From NCBI RefSeq assembly GCF_000315625.1, contig NW_005434668.1:304938-368937 (forward strand): DNA of 64,000 nt, given 5' to 3'. The notes below the pieces were generated by a model. That model did not search any database, was not told where the DNA came from, and saw only the letters and a list, made by a program, of their open reading frames with translations. Positions 1 through 14,538 of the stretch are shown in pieces (position 1 is the first letter of the stretch; each line of letters starts with the position of its first letter). The DNA comes from Guillardia theta CCMP2712 (lineage: Eukaryota > Protista > Cryptophyta). The position numbers were made by a program, and so were the translations under genes.

Positions 1-890
1 CCTCCCATACCGCCTTCCAAGGGCGTTCGTTTGTCGATCTCACAGTCAAAGAACTTGTTTTGACCCGTTCGTCTCCTGAACCTGCACACGGAGCAGCTCA
101 GAGCAGAGCTTGCACTGACTGTGGTTCCTCACAAGTTAAATGCCTTCACGATCAAGTTCGACTCGTCCAGGGGAACACTGTCCACGTTGCACCGCAGTAC
201 ATCTTTCCCCCCCGACTCCTGGGCGAGACGTCACCCGAGGTCTACCTCAGACGTGGAAGTAGGCATGACAGGCACCTCCAAGACTGAGACTTTCAAAGTA
301 TCTCCAAGGCTGAGAGCCTGGAACACTGACGCCAGCTCATGGAAACCATCATCTCGCTTCTTGGTGATACGCAGGAAGATGTTTGTCTTTGCCGGGCTGA
401 GAAGGCGTGTCATTGACCGATCATGGTGGTTAGACATCGTCACCTGAAGTATGTCGAAGGTTTTGCCATCATCTGAATCGCTGGGCACATCCACCTCGAG
501 TTGTAGAGCCTGGAAGGAGTCATTCTTTCGCCTTCACAGTAATTGAAATCTGTCACCCGTTTGCGGCGCTGCGGTCGAGACATCTTCCTGTTCCCGTTAC
601 AAATCCGAAGAGATCTACCAGTGTGGGATGTCAAACATCACGATCACGTGAACCATGATCCATACCTTTCCCGCTGACCAAGAAAGGACAGAGCGCAAGC
701 TCTGTAAGGAAAACGAGCTCCAACGAAAGCAGTCTGCCCTGAGACGAGGAGTCATGTATGAGGTATACACACCGCCGCTCGCCTCGCTCGTATCAGGACT
801 GAGACCACAAGCTCCAACTGAACTTGTCTTGCATGGAATGTTCTTCCCTCCCTCCTTCCCTCCCTCCTCCCCTCTTTTCCCTCACCATTT
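1..890 (-). CDS. ispE: 4-diphosphocytidyl-2-C-methyl-D-erythritol kinase (MEP pathway), multi-exon; 3' part runs off the window, start uncertain
   Basis: Spliced translation gives [51 protein letters not shown] and DKRTPLEGGMGG (GHMP kinase Gly-rich loop, nt 1-40). The N-terminal extension fits a plastid presequence. Confidence 0.9.
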
Positions 891-960
891 TCACGGCCTC
901 CTCGGATCCCAATTTGTATCAGATCCGTAACAAAGTTCTGGGTCGGGGGGGGGGGGAGCA

Positions 961-2193
961 ATGCAGTCAAGCAAGGGGCTGTTGATAGTGATGTCGTTGT
1001 TATCGACAGACTTTGCTTATGTCACAGGCTTTATGCTCTCTATATCTCATCTGCGCCTGCACACTTCTTCCTTGAAGCTGCGTCCCGCCACCTTGTTGTC
1101 ACCTGGCCTAGCAATGATGAAAAGGAGTGAAGTTTTGAGCAATAGAATTTCAATGAGCTCGCAAGAATCGCGTTTGTCTTCGAGAGATCCTAGTGTCTTG
1201 TTTCCAATATTCTTATGCACTGCAGTTGTCAACAGGATTCTGTACCGTGTGCAACTGGTGCCCATGAAAGAGTACACCTACTTCATTTCCCAGTTTGCAA
1301 CTCTCAGCTATGTGCTTGCTTACAGCATCTTGTTGGTTCAACGGAAGTCAATAGGAAAGGTGAATGACTCAATGATCCAATACGCCAGAAACAATTGGAA
1401 CATCTTCGCCATCATAGGTGCACTTGAAGCCTTGACTTTTCTCCTTGCATTGTACTCCGCCGCTCGCCTCCCTGGCAGTCTCATCAGTGTCATCGGCCAA
1501 GGAGGAATTCTGTGGTCTGTGCTGTTTGCTCGTCTTCTTCTCAAGAAGTCTTTTGACAAGCTGCAGCTTCTCGGCGTTTTCGTGGTTCTGATCGGTGTGC
1601 TCACTTGTACTGTCCCACAGCTGCCAGCAGGAGCCCTTGTCACACAGCAGCATCGTATAGAGCTCTGGGCATACTCAGGATTATACCTTCTCTCCTCTGC
1701 ATTCTCCGCTATTTCTTTCACGCTCAAGGAGAAATGCCTCAAGGAGGGTGAATTGGACATCATCATCGTCAGCTGCTTTGGTTCGTTGGCACAGTGCATA
1801 TTCACGTTTCTGCTGCTCCCCTTGACTCTAGCGATTGCGACCAGCTTGCCTCCACAGGTTTACTTCCAAAAAGGTCTTGCTGCCTTCAGTGGAGCAACAC
1901 ATTCCTGCATGCCCTGGCTATTCTTCGCGTATATGATCGCAAACTTGAGCCTGAATCTATCTGGGATTGCCCTTACAAAGAGGGGCGGAGCAGTGGGAAC
2001 TTTCGTCATTGGTACAGTTTTGGTTCCAATCACAAGTCTTGTATTTTGTCTTAACATCCCTCTGCTTGGTGCTTCAAGATTCAGCTGGATATTCGTTGGA
2101 GGGCTTGTCTTCACAACGGCAGGGTCGCTCCTGTACAATCATCAGAAGGTGTCTGGCATTCTACGAAAAGGCTCTGGGATACAACAAGAATGA
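961..2193 (+). CDS. CLT: CRT-like (chloroquine-resistance-transporter-like) DMT-superfamily transporter, probably plastid-targeted; intronless
   Basis: 410-aa ORF with ~10 hydrophobic helices. VNRILYRVQLVPMKEYTYFISQFATLSYV resembles plant CLT proteins. Signal peptide followed by Phe (VTG-F) and a Ser/Arg-rich transit-like stretch. Confidence 0.8.
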   Translation: MQSSKGLLIVMSLLSTDFAYVTGFMLSISHLRLHTSSLKLRPATLLSPGLAMMKRSEVLSNRISMSSQESRLSSRDPSVLFPIFLCTAVVNRILYRVQLVPMKEYTYFISQFATLSYVLAYSILLVQRKSIGKVNDSMIQYARNNWNIFAIIGALEALTFLLALYSAARLPGSLISVIGQGGILWSVLFARLLLKKSFDKLQLLGVFVVLIGVLTCTVPQLPAGALVTQQHRIELWAYSGLYLLSSAFSAISFTLKEKCLKEGELDIIIVSCFGSLAQCIFTFLLLPLTLAIATSLPPQVYFQKGLAAFSGATHSCMPWLFFAYMIANLSLNLSGIALTKRGGAVGTFVIGTVLVPITSLVFCLNIPLLGASRFSWIFVGGLVFTTAGSLLYNHQKVSGILRKGSGIQQE

Positions 2194-2498
2194 GCCTGTT
2201 TCATCGCCTCACATTCTCATGTCATGCTTTGACACGTATCTCATCGGGTTTCTTGCATATTTCCTGCGTATTTGCTACGTTGGACCAACCATGTCTTGCT
2301 TTCCTGTACAGTAACCATCTAGTCGAATCCAACAGCAACAGAATGTCTCAGCAGGCTGCCAAACTAAGTTTTCTTCAAGTTTATTAGATCAGTAGTCATC
2401 ATCCAGTTAAGAATAAATTCATACAAAATTCATCAAGTTCAAGGCTAGACAGAGCTCAACCCAAAAGTCACAGTAGCTTGTATCGGATTCAAGCATTC

Positions 2499-2984
2499 TC
2501 AGCACCAGCTCCTGGCGCCTGCCATCTCATTCAAAACTTGTGATACTGACTGACAAGAAGTCTTCGTCTCACTGGATTTGCGCATGCGAATGATGAGAAA
2601 TGTTCTTCGTTGTGTTCTGACGTTAGTTCAGCCATCCGCGCTGCGCCGCCCTCCATGGTAGACCTCACTTCGTCACGCTTTTGTTCACTGCAAGAGAATC
2701 AGACCATGGAAGAGGAACAGTTCTCTGCTCACGATTTGCCTGTTTCTTTGCGCAGCCGAGCAGATTCAGATAGAGCTCGTTGTATGAATCGTTCGCGGGT
2801 CGCTACATCAACCTCCTGTATCGTCACACCCCATTTAGCCGGACAAAAACCAGGCAATAGGATACACCTCATCAGGAGGATTGACTGGGTTTGAAACTGC
2901 ATCATAATCTTCCTCCTTGTTTTCTTCCGCGTTCCCCTCTTGCTCCACCTCCCTCCTCTCCGGTCCTGGGCATGGGCCTTCCAT
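2499..2984 (-). CDS. Small hypothetical acidic/coiled-coil protein (~112 aa, 4 exons)
   Basis: Three short GT-AG introns join MEGPCPGPERRE...PPDE/EVDVATRERFIQRALSESARLRKETGK/SEQKRDEVRSTMEGGAARMAEL/TETKTSC...ARSWC* in frame. Confidence 0.5.
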
Positions 2985-3039
2985 GCCGCGGTTGGACTCA
3001 AAAGTTCTTGCTTTTAAGTTGACCAAGTTTAGTAAAATC

Positions 3040-3405
3040 CACCGCCGCCGGTGATCGGACTCCCGCCGGGGCAAGCGGCGGCCTGATCGGTGATTAGGAT
3101 CATTAGTACTCAGAACTCAGTCGGAATAAGTTACTTGAACCTCGGATCGGACTCCGGGACCGTACCGTGTCTGACCGTACGGTCGTGCCACTGGCTTTGA
3201 ATGATTGCCACTGCAGCCGCAGCGCCCGCCGCTGAGTCACAATCAGGCTGGCCCCCGGCCTGAGATAGGCTAGTTCCGCCGCCGGTCACACCCGCCGCCG
3301 GGTAGCCTAGCCTGACCCGGTGACCCGCGTCATCGGAGTGAAGTACGGCCCGGCCCGATCACAAGTTTCCCGGCCGGCCGTTCACTGCCCGCCCGGCCGC
3401 GACTA
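3040..3405. promoter_or_regulatory. GC-rich, palindrome-rich patch between divergent genes
   Basis: Dense CCGG/GGCC/CCGGCCGG words and no credible ORF; lies between the 5' ends of two genes. Confidence 0.45.
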
Positions 3406-3654
3406 GTGGGCAATGCCGATTTTCGCACGTGAAGATGGATCGGGAAGATGGTCGATGGGAGGGCCGGACGGAGATATGAAAGAATGAGCGGCATGTAGGA
3501 GGATCAAGTTGCAAGTATGGTGAACTGCAGTGAGGACTGATGATGAGATAGACATAGTCTTGTATGGCAGCGATGCTTTGTTTCTCTTGGCTTCCAAGCT
3601 GGAACTCGAACTGTTTCTAGACTATCAACACAGATCTGACGTTTGTGAGTGCAG

Positions 3655-5407
3655 ATGTCGAATACCAAAGATAAACAAAAAGCTCTCATTGTAGCAGGGA
3701 CCTACGAGAGAACGCTGTACGTGAAACAATTGATGAAGCTTTGCAACAAGCGAGCTCACGCTTTGTTAGTTGCGGCTGGAGGGTAGAGGGCGATGAGGCG
3801 GCAACACCTGTATTCAACCACCCTGCTCATCTTGGACCCATTAAAGCAGTAGCAATTTCCGGAAAATATTTGGTATCAGGAGGGAACGATGAAGAAATTA
3901 GGTACTAGGTGGCGTGGGCCTCGGAACATTTTTGTTGATCCCTTGTACAGAATTTTCAATACTCGAAAACTTGTAGAGGTAGGCAACCTCATGAGACACC
4001 AGGGTAAAAACTGTCCTCATGAATGTTTCTCAACCTCTGACTTCAGCCTGGCAGGTCCTATCACTTCTCTCAAATTTTTCGGGTCATTCAATCTGGTGAG
4101 CTCGTCAGACGATGGGACTATGTTGATTTGGCGGTGCAAGGTAAAATGACTTTTCATTTGCCCTGCGCTCCTTTCTCAAGGTGACCTGCAGGACTGGGAG
4201 TGTCTGTCTACTCTACGAGGACACAAGTAAACCATGATTGCTGCAAATGCTCTACTCTAATCATTACAATAGGGGCGGAGTGATAGACCACGACATACAC
4301 GACAGCGGAAAAGTTTTGATCTCTTGTGGGCGAGATAACACGATCAGGTTCAAGCTCTTCTTATATTGTTGCCATTCGAAGCTTGATTCATTCGATAAAA
4401 GGTTGTGGGATCTAGTCAAAGGCTCTTTGTTGCACACAAGGAAAAGAGAGGTAACCAAGCACTCTTTACAACTTTGCTAATCACATCTTCATGCAGTCCA
4501 AAGGGTACGGTTCGTTTCAATGTATTAGATGGATACCCAAGAGTGAGGGGTTTTGCTCCATCATCGGAAACTCTGTGGAAATATACGACGCCAATGTACT
4601 CATGTCGTCAATACGCTTGAAAAAATTACTCACTGTTGCCGCTTTAGTCTGATACCCCGACTTCAAATCTTGCGCATAGTCGGACACCCTTAACAGCAAC
4701 ATTTTATGATGTAAGCTGTGCCTCATTGATGTCTGTTTTTACTAGTTTTCAGGCCAACACTCTGCTCACTGGTGGAGAAGACAAGATTGTCCGTGTGTGG
4801 GATGTGCGAAACGGGAAGACAGTCAATCAACTGCCCCAAATGTCGAGCAGGTTTGCACATGCAATGTTTCGTAAACAGGATGTCAATGGACTTGCAGGAT
4901 TCGATCAATCTCGATTGAGTCACTGACAAACAGTGTGATCACTGCATGCTCAGATGGAGACATCCAGATGAACTCATGGTCGAACAGCGACAAGGTTCTG
5001 TGGAAGGTAAAGGTCAGAGTTGAACCTTGGGGACAACATGATTGCCATCATCAGGAAAGCACTCGGGCAAGAATCACATGTGCTTGCTCTGCGATCACTG
5101 AAGGTTTCCATGAATGAACTGTTCGTGTCCTTCAAGTTGATCAACGTTGCAGGAGCTGAGGAGGCGGCGGACGTACAGAGTGGCATGCAAGTCGCCATGT
5201 TGATGCTCATATTTCTTCTAGGTGCTGGATGATGAAGAGAAAAACGAGCCAGAAAGCAAGAAACGGTGAGCAAAATTGTTTGGATCTGTAACATCTAATC
5301 CATCGGACCAGACCCAAAGCCGCTAGCTCTAAATTGGCCAAGGTACCTACCTATCTGATTGAATTGACATATCTGAATGTCACTACGTGCAGAAATCCAG
5401 AAGATGA
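3655..5407 (+). CDS. PAK1IP1: WD40 60S ribosome biogenesis factor PAK1IP1/Mak11, many short introns
   Basis: Spliced: ALIVAGTYERTL...HPAHLGPIKAVAISGKYLVSGGNDEEIRIFNTRKLVEVGNLMRHQGPITSLKF...SSSDDGTMLIWRCKDWECLSTLRGHKGGV...SGKVLISCGRDNTIRLWDLVKG, then a basic tail. Confidence 0.85.
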
Positions 5408-5426
5408 AACTAATAGTTGATAATAG

Positions 5427-5745
5427 TCATAACAAGCTCCTTTCTTGAGTGAACATGATATTTTTCCACTCAGAGATCGAGTCGTCTAGATTTATTCAAA
5501 GAACATCTCCTTCACTGATCCACCCATTTACAAAGGCTCACCGAAGGCGGAGCTGTTGACTCCCCTCAAACCCACGGAGCGGTTAACCTAAACAATTTCT
5601 TAGATCTGAAACAATCGCACAGGAGAGAAACAACCTCCTGCTGAATGCTCTGGAAAGAGCGTCCAGTGGGGGTCACCGCGGAGGTGATCGCTGGGGTCAT
5701 GAAGAGCTTTTGGGTAGATTGGCCAGAAACCTTCTTTCCGAACAT
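5427..5745 (-). CDS. Small hypothetical protein (~70 aa, 3 exons; further upstream exons possible)
   Basis: Two GT-AG introns give MFGKKVSGQSTQKLFMTPAITSAVTPTGRSFQSIQQE/VNRSVGLRGVNSSAF/DDSISEWKNIMFTQERSLL*. Confidence 0.45.
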
Positions 5746-6686
5746 AGCTGCGCAGGAAAAATATCAGGAGAGTTACACTGCAAATCGTATCCAGCAATCA
5801 CAAACATATTCTTGTCAAGAATCAAGACAATGTGCTAATGAACGAAAACATAATCACAACATTTGAAGTAAACAGAAAGTACATTAACACAGTTTTGCGG
5901 CCAGCATTCTTTGCATACGAAAAGCATCAGATATTCACACACAGCTAACTGTTGAAAAGTGTTTTTCTCAAGGCAAACAGCAAAGGTGGCTCTAAGAATC
6001 GAGCGTCAAGGGGATGTCGACTGAACAAGAGTGGAACTAAAGTGACCACAAAGATCGAGGGAAAGATGTAGGCGAAGCGCTATGTGCTAAACGTCTGCGG
6101 CTGCCATGGAGAGTCACCTGCTGCGGTTCAGCCGTCGGGGTTGACCCTTCGGATTTAAAACTAAGTTTATAACTATTATTTATCTATGTAATAGATACAT
6201 TATTTTGTATTGTTTAAAAATTATACAATGTTTTTATTTCCACCATCATCAGATCAACATTTTTAGATTTCATTACAAATCTTCACAAAGGAGACACTTT
6301 TTAAAACATTTAAATCATTTTTGATGCCTTACCCACATCCACGTGGCTGTTGCTGTACAGGTGGAGTGGAGAAAATTGTCATCGTTTATATTGAAATTGG
6401 GTCAAATAATTTGATCACCCGTACTTTTACGTTCTTTATCACCCGTACTTTTCCGCATTGAGAGGTTTTTAAAAAGCATTCTTCTTGTTTGAATACATTA
6501 CATTTCTACCAAAAAATGCAGTCCTTTGACAATATCTTAAAATATTTTAATCTGTACTGAAAGGACATTACTTTTTAATTTTAGAACTGTTCTTCTCAAA
6601 ACACTGACTTTGAGGATTGCTCGACTCGGCAGGCCGGGCCCGCTATGTTCTGAGGCAGGCTATGTAAACATTCCCGCTGTCCTGCC

Positions 6687-8816
<2,130 letters not shown>

Positions 8817-9119
8817 ACCAGCTGATTCAGAGAGAACGAGGGCATCAGTTTTGGCCCTGGCATCTTACGAGTCAGACTACCTGATAGTAACAGTTTCGGT
8901 CGATCGGCCTGATTCAACGGTAGTAGCCTCAGCGGCTAAAGGATGCGGCGTTAAGATTTTTCGATCAACGGACTGGATTTTCGAGCGGATTCAGGACCTC
9001 TTTGTCTGTCGCACTGCCACAGTCGTGACTGATTGCCGCCACAACGTGCCAAGTTAACTCTGTAAAACTAAACCTTGAAACTTCCCCCGCCCAATTGAGA
9101 CCTGCTCAGTTCAGTGCTG

Positions 9120-9275
9120 TCCGAACCCGGGCGAGCCAGTACCCGGCCGGGCGTGCCGGCTCAGCGGCTCGCCGCGCCGCCAACTTGGAAGGACTTGGCC
9201 CGACGGTCCGTCGGACGGTCAACTGTGATCGGAGCACTGCAGGGCTAGTAGCCAGTGCTGCCCCCGGCCCATAAT
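9120..9275. promoter_or_regulatory. GC-rich palindromic patch upstream of the kinase gene
   Basis: Same CCGG/GGCC vocabulary as 3040-3405; lies just 5' of the ATG at 9339. Confidence 0.4.
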
Positions 9276-9338
9276 GAGCTCATAGGCTATGAGACTAGCT
9301 TATTAGTTTGCTGCCCTCGTCGCAAAATCGGGGAGACA

Positions 9339-11871
9339 ATGGCCATGGTGGAGGATAGAAGGGAGTGAGGGATGGAGGGAAGGAAGGGAGGAGGGGAAGG
9401 AGAGCGAGGCACCGAGGGCAATGCTGCAAGTACAAATGTGGAGAAGAGAGAGATCGTCAAGGTATTTGCTGACTTTGCTCTTCTCTTCAATAAGAACAAA
9501 CTTCCCTTCGTTGCAGGACTGGTTGGATGGATTCTCCGACGACGAGGTGCTCATGTTGCTCAAGGATGAACACCGTCGCACGTCCTCGTTTCTTGAGCTT
9601 CTAGAGCGAACATGCCACTCGAACTCCGTCAGGAAGAGTGTTTGGTGAGCTCCACGCCGGCAGGCGTCGTTTGGCTTGCATTGAGAGGTCATGACAGCGA
9701 GAAACTCTGCGGCGAGGGCATCATAGCAGAATCATGGACAAAGCATGCCAGCCTGGTACTTCAACCTTTCTGAACACGATAACGAGATATTCTGACAATT
9801 CTGACACGATGATTGCGATGCAATTCTTCCTGAATGCTCATGAATCTGGTTGTATCAGCAAAGGCAAATCTCAGAGGAAATGGACGAGCTGGATGGTCCG
9901 CTGGATGAGGCTTTGGATCTTCAAGAGGATCTTGTATGTCTTTCTTGCTGCAATCCTGCAACTGATGTACTTTGAACCAAACAGTCGGATACGATCATAG
10001 ATGGAGACTCGTCGGATTTTCTACAGGCATGTGAATTGTCCTCTGAGGGACCCAGAGTGATTCGGACTTGTGCCTTTTCAGATGGAAGTCTTCAACTCAT
10101 CAGCCATCAAGAACATCGGTCACGATCTCTCAATCACCTTTGCTCCCTATGCTTCCGTGCGTCCGTGCGCTTGTTTTGAATCATGCTGGCAGGACGGTTC
10201 AACTGTGAATTCATCCGATACGACTTGCTGGGTAGAGGAGGGTTTGGGTCTGCATGGCGATGCCATAACCTGGGTGAGTGACCCGCCTGCTGGCAGCGAG
10301 TGAAATTGACGTGAGTGTCTCAAGTTGACGAGCATGACTACTGCGTGAAGGAGCTTCACCTCAGCGCATCCAAGTTTGCGGTAGCCCCGTGTCGAGCAAG
10401 CGTGTCCAGTCACGAGATTCGCAGGGGTCAGTGAAGAAGATGGTTCAGTTTGCAAGAGGAGTGCTCAGAGAAGTTTCAACGCTCTCGCACATCGAGCAGC
10501 ATGCTAACGTCGTCAAGGTTGACCACTTGAGAAGGGAAGATACATGAGCTGACGACGCCTCTTTGTCCAGTACAACGCAGCATGGGCTGAGCTTGAGACC
10601 GAGAGATCAGGGCCCCAGAAAGTGACTTGCTCCTCAATATGTGGAGATGGTGGATGACTTGTCATTGAAGGATGTCGCGGGATTGGATGCCGATGACGAA
10701 AACACGCAATTGAGGTGCAACCGAGGTCTGATTCCAGAACACTTACTTTGTTTGAAGTGGGGGTGACGAGGACGAGGACGATGACGAAGAGCTTCTGGAC
10801 AATGACGCAGCAAGAGAAGGAGGCCAAGATTCCTCACACTTGAGCAGAAACAAAGTGGATAAAGAGCAAAAGCGCAGGGCTAGCCCTGTGTCCGACTCCA
10901 GCTGGAATACATTTACTCATAGGTCTTGTTTGCTCAAAATGCAGATGATTGTGACTGATAGCCACTCAATGTAGCTCACGAACTCAAAACGAAATATCCT
11001 CGTCAGATGCGATGAACGTTCAAGATCCAGAAGTCAGATCGCAGAGGTCAAGCGGGAGCTCCTACTTCAGCGCTAACCAAGCGTGGGATGAAATGAGTGC
11101 TGATCAACGAAGAAAGATCGTTAAGAGCTTGATATCTCGTACGCTAGAGGTCAGTTATTGCATCGCATGGTCTCGCTGGATATTAATGGCATCATCACAG
11201 CTGGTGATTGAGAAGATCGAGCATGATGATATCGTGATGAATCGCTGCGTGGGAAAGGCAGGCAAGTCATTGAGTTGCAAGTTGACTCGACAAACTGCGT
11301 TAATTGACACTCCCTCATCAAGTTGCTGAGATTCAGGCCGATCTGGTTCAGAGAGATGTTGTTCTCTACATTCAGATGGAGCTCTGTCACAATCGAACAC
11401 TCTCACATTGGCTTGTACTTGATCGTTAGCAGTTGCCTCTTGTCATTGGCTGAGTGCAGGACGAGCCATCTCGCGAGATCGTCGTCGATCGAAACTTGCA
11501 GGTCAGGTGCGAGAAGGAGAGGATCACCCATCTGACTCTTGCTATTCCTCAAGATTCTCATCCACATCCTGCGAGGTTTGAAGCACATCCATGAACTCGG
11601 GCTGTGCCATCGAGATCTCAAGGTGCGGACCATCGAAACAAGAATGCGCAGGATTCACTCGCCCCTGCAGCCAGCCAACCTCCTCATCTCAAAGGATGGC
11701 GTGATCAAACTCGCAGACTTCGGCTTGGCCAAGAGTGTTTCTCCTGCTTGTCTCTTCCTGTCTCGCAGTACCTCAGAGGTGTCTAATGTTTTCACACCTT
11801 CAGCTCCCGGAGTTCCTCCAAACAGCAGCTCGCAAGGAGCAGAATGGCCGATGGTATAACCTGACGATTTG

Positions 11872-11935
<64 letters not shown>

Positions 11936-12828
11936 CTTCCTGCCTACCTACTTGTATCTCACTCGTATACTCATCAGAGCCGTCCTAAAGTCGTGGGCTC
12001 AATGCACACTCGGGGGGTAGGAACGGCTCTCTATGCGGCTCCGGAACAGATTTCAGGCGAGCAGCGCGTGTGTGATGAAGGAGAGTTAATGACGACTAGC
12101 AGGCGAGTCATGCGACGAGAAGTCAGACATCTACTCCCTGGGGGTTCTTCTCGTTGAGCTGTTCAGCATCTTCGGTACCATCGCTACCAACCGCCTCACC
12201 TCGTCACCCGCTGTGCTGCAGGGTCTGGAATGGAGAGGATCCTCGTGCTGACTGCAGCCAGGGAAGGCAAGCTCCCTCAAGGTCCGATGTCAGTGCAGCT
12301 AGAGGCGACAGCCTGACATCTCAATCAAGGAATGACGGAAGAGTATCCGATCATCGCCGGACTTGCCGTCAAGTGCCTTGCCAAGTGAGGGAGGAGTTGA
12401 TGAGGATGCGGCTGATGAAACTGCACGCCTACAGGGACCCTGAGGACAGACCCTCAGCTCAGATGCTCCTGGAGGAGCTGTCAGCCATGGGACAGCAAGC
12501 TTCGCTCCCTCCTCTTCTCGAGCTGGCTGATCGAACGATATCGGAGCTGACGCAGCTGCTTGAGGTGAGCACAGTCATCAGCTGCTGGCAAGAGAGAAGC
12601 TCCTCTGAGTTGATGCCAGGAACGAGACGAGACGATCAAGTCGAACGCGTCCTTGATCGCCTCGCTCCGGTCGGAGATCGCAGGTGAGGAGACGCCAGCT
12701 TGGGCGGACTGTGGGTCATGACTCACGGTTCGGCTTGAGCAGACAAGGACAAGTTGCTGCTGGCGCAGGAAGCTACCATTGCGAAGCTGAAGGAGCTGCT
12801 AGCCGAAAAATCTTGTCAACAAAGCTAG
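9339..12828 (+). CDS. eIF2-alpha kinase, HRI-like, many introns
   Basis: [60 protein letters not shown], long acidic kinase insert, [56 protein letters not shown]-terminal coiled coil. Confidence 0.85.
11870..11945 (+). repeat. (CCTG)n microsatellite in an intron
   Basis: About 16-18 gcct/cctg units, directly visible. Confidence 0.95.
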
Positions 12829-13446
12829 CAGTTGGTGGGGATCGCGTTTGAAAAGTTGTCACGTAGTTTCAATTTGGAACTTGTAGAGAATTTTGAAATT
12901 TAATCGAATCACTCCAGTACAATACGTGAAATTTACTAGGAATTATCTTGCCTGGCTTTTCGGATGAAAGGTCGCGTGGAAACATCTGTGATGCCGCACG
13001 ATATCGCGCCTTTTGGATTGAAGCCACCAAGCAGTCAACCGTTAGGACGCCTGCGAATGGAGTTTCGACTTTTACTACAGGCACAGGAGCTCCGGAGTTC
13101 CATCTACCTCCCGCCTTATGCCTGTATGACTGATCAATGATGACAATCGGGGGGTCTGAAACATAGAGAGTAGGGGTAGTGTAGTAAATCAGAGGTCGCC
13201 GGAGTCGGCAAAGTTTGACGACCCCACCCACTTCTTTTACTCGGAATGAACCCTCTTTCCCGAATCCGAAGGTTATCCTACCCCTCTCATTGCAATTTTG
13301 GTTCCCTGCCCTGGTCTGCGAAACCCACTAGAAATCCTCGCATCCCGCTCTTCCTCTGGCGACCAACTCGAACTTCACTGCATCCTCTCCCTCGTCTTCT
13401 ATAGCACGTTCAGTACCATCTCTACCTCTTGCTTCCGCCTCTTAGC

Positions 13447-14027
13447 ATGTCTCACTGCGTCTCTGATCTTCCTTGCGTAACATCGACAGCTACGACAACA
13501 GCAGTCATTCGTCCCAGACGAAAGATGGGCCAGGAAGCCCGTCCAAAAGAAAGGCAGCTCCATTTCACAAGAGATGCTGTCGCAAGCTTGTTTCACCTTC
13601 GTCAAGCTGATGCGGCACAAAAACTGGTAAAAACTCTCAACTAGCAGAAGTGCTCGCATACGCCTGACCTTATCCTCTTCTACAGGGACTGTCGTTGACG
13701 GGACTGAAGTCTGTCTGCCGAAGACTCGGGATCGATAGATGGCCATATGCACGAGATCGGGTTCTTGGGGGAGGTTGCGACATGGCGGCTGTGGTTGATG
13801 GCGGACGGCAACTTGTGAGGGAAAACGTCGAGGCTAAAGATACTAGGCTGGATAAGGTGGAAGGCCACGTTCCGCTTGATCCAAAGTGGATTGCATGGTA
13901 CATCACAACGAGTGAATTGGAGGATGAAAATATGATGGAAGTCGAGCCTGCAGATGGAGAAGCTTCAATACCAGCTAGCAGTACAGGCCCTCAACGACCC
14001 TCCTCATTTCATGTAATGTTGTTGTAG
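13447..14027 (+). CDS. RWP-RK domain transcription factor (2 exons)
   Basis: Intron gtaaaa...ctacag (~13627-13685) joins LHFTRDAVASLFHLRQADAAQKL to GLSLTGLKSVCRRLGIDRWPYAR, the RWP-RK signature. Confidence 0.85.
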
Positions 14028-14538
14028 AAGGTAGCCCCGCTTGCGGTCCTATTTTAATCCTCAAGACCACATACTGCAGATTTCTCTGTTTGCGCGCGTT
14101 TGCTATGGCTACCTTGCACACTGCAGCCTTGAATTGTAAATTTGGTCTTGTGAGGATTAAACTTGGACGAATTAAACTGTTGTTTCTTGTGATGCAGTTT
14201 TGCTTTCAATGTGAGAGCTGCGCATTCGTTTCTCAGATAATTCATTCCGATTGATTGTGAAGGACATCACAATGGATCAAGAGGATAGAATATGGGCTTT
14301 CAGAAATCGTTTTTCTGGGAATATACAAATTCCAACCATGTTGAAGGTTTCGTGAGAATACCCAAAGCTCCCCTCATAGATATGCAACAAACATTATGCA
14401 TTTGCTCTGGTACACTGTGTACTTTAAGTTCAAAATGATATAGGACAATATTACAGATCAGGCTGATTACAAGCTGCTCAGAATTCCAAAATTCAGAGCG
14501 ATTGACGTGTCACCAACGGGCGCCAGTAACGAATAAAT

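Noticed and set aside
5343-5433. Interleaved last exons of PAK1IP1 and the opposite small gene
   Set aside because: Possible with an extra intron, but the minus gene has an in-frame stop at 5427, which is the simpler model.
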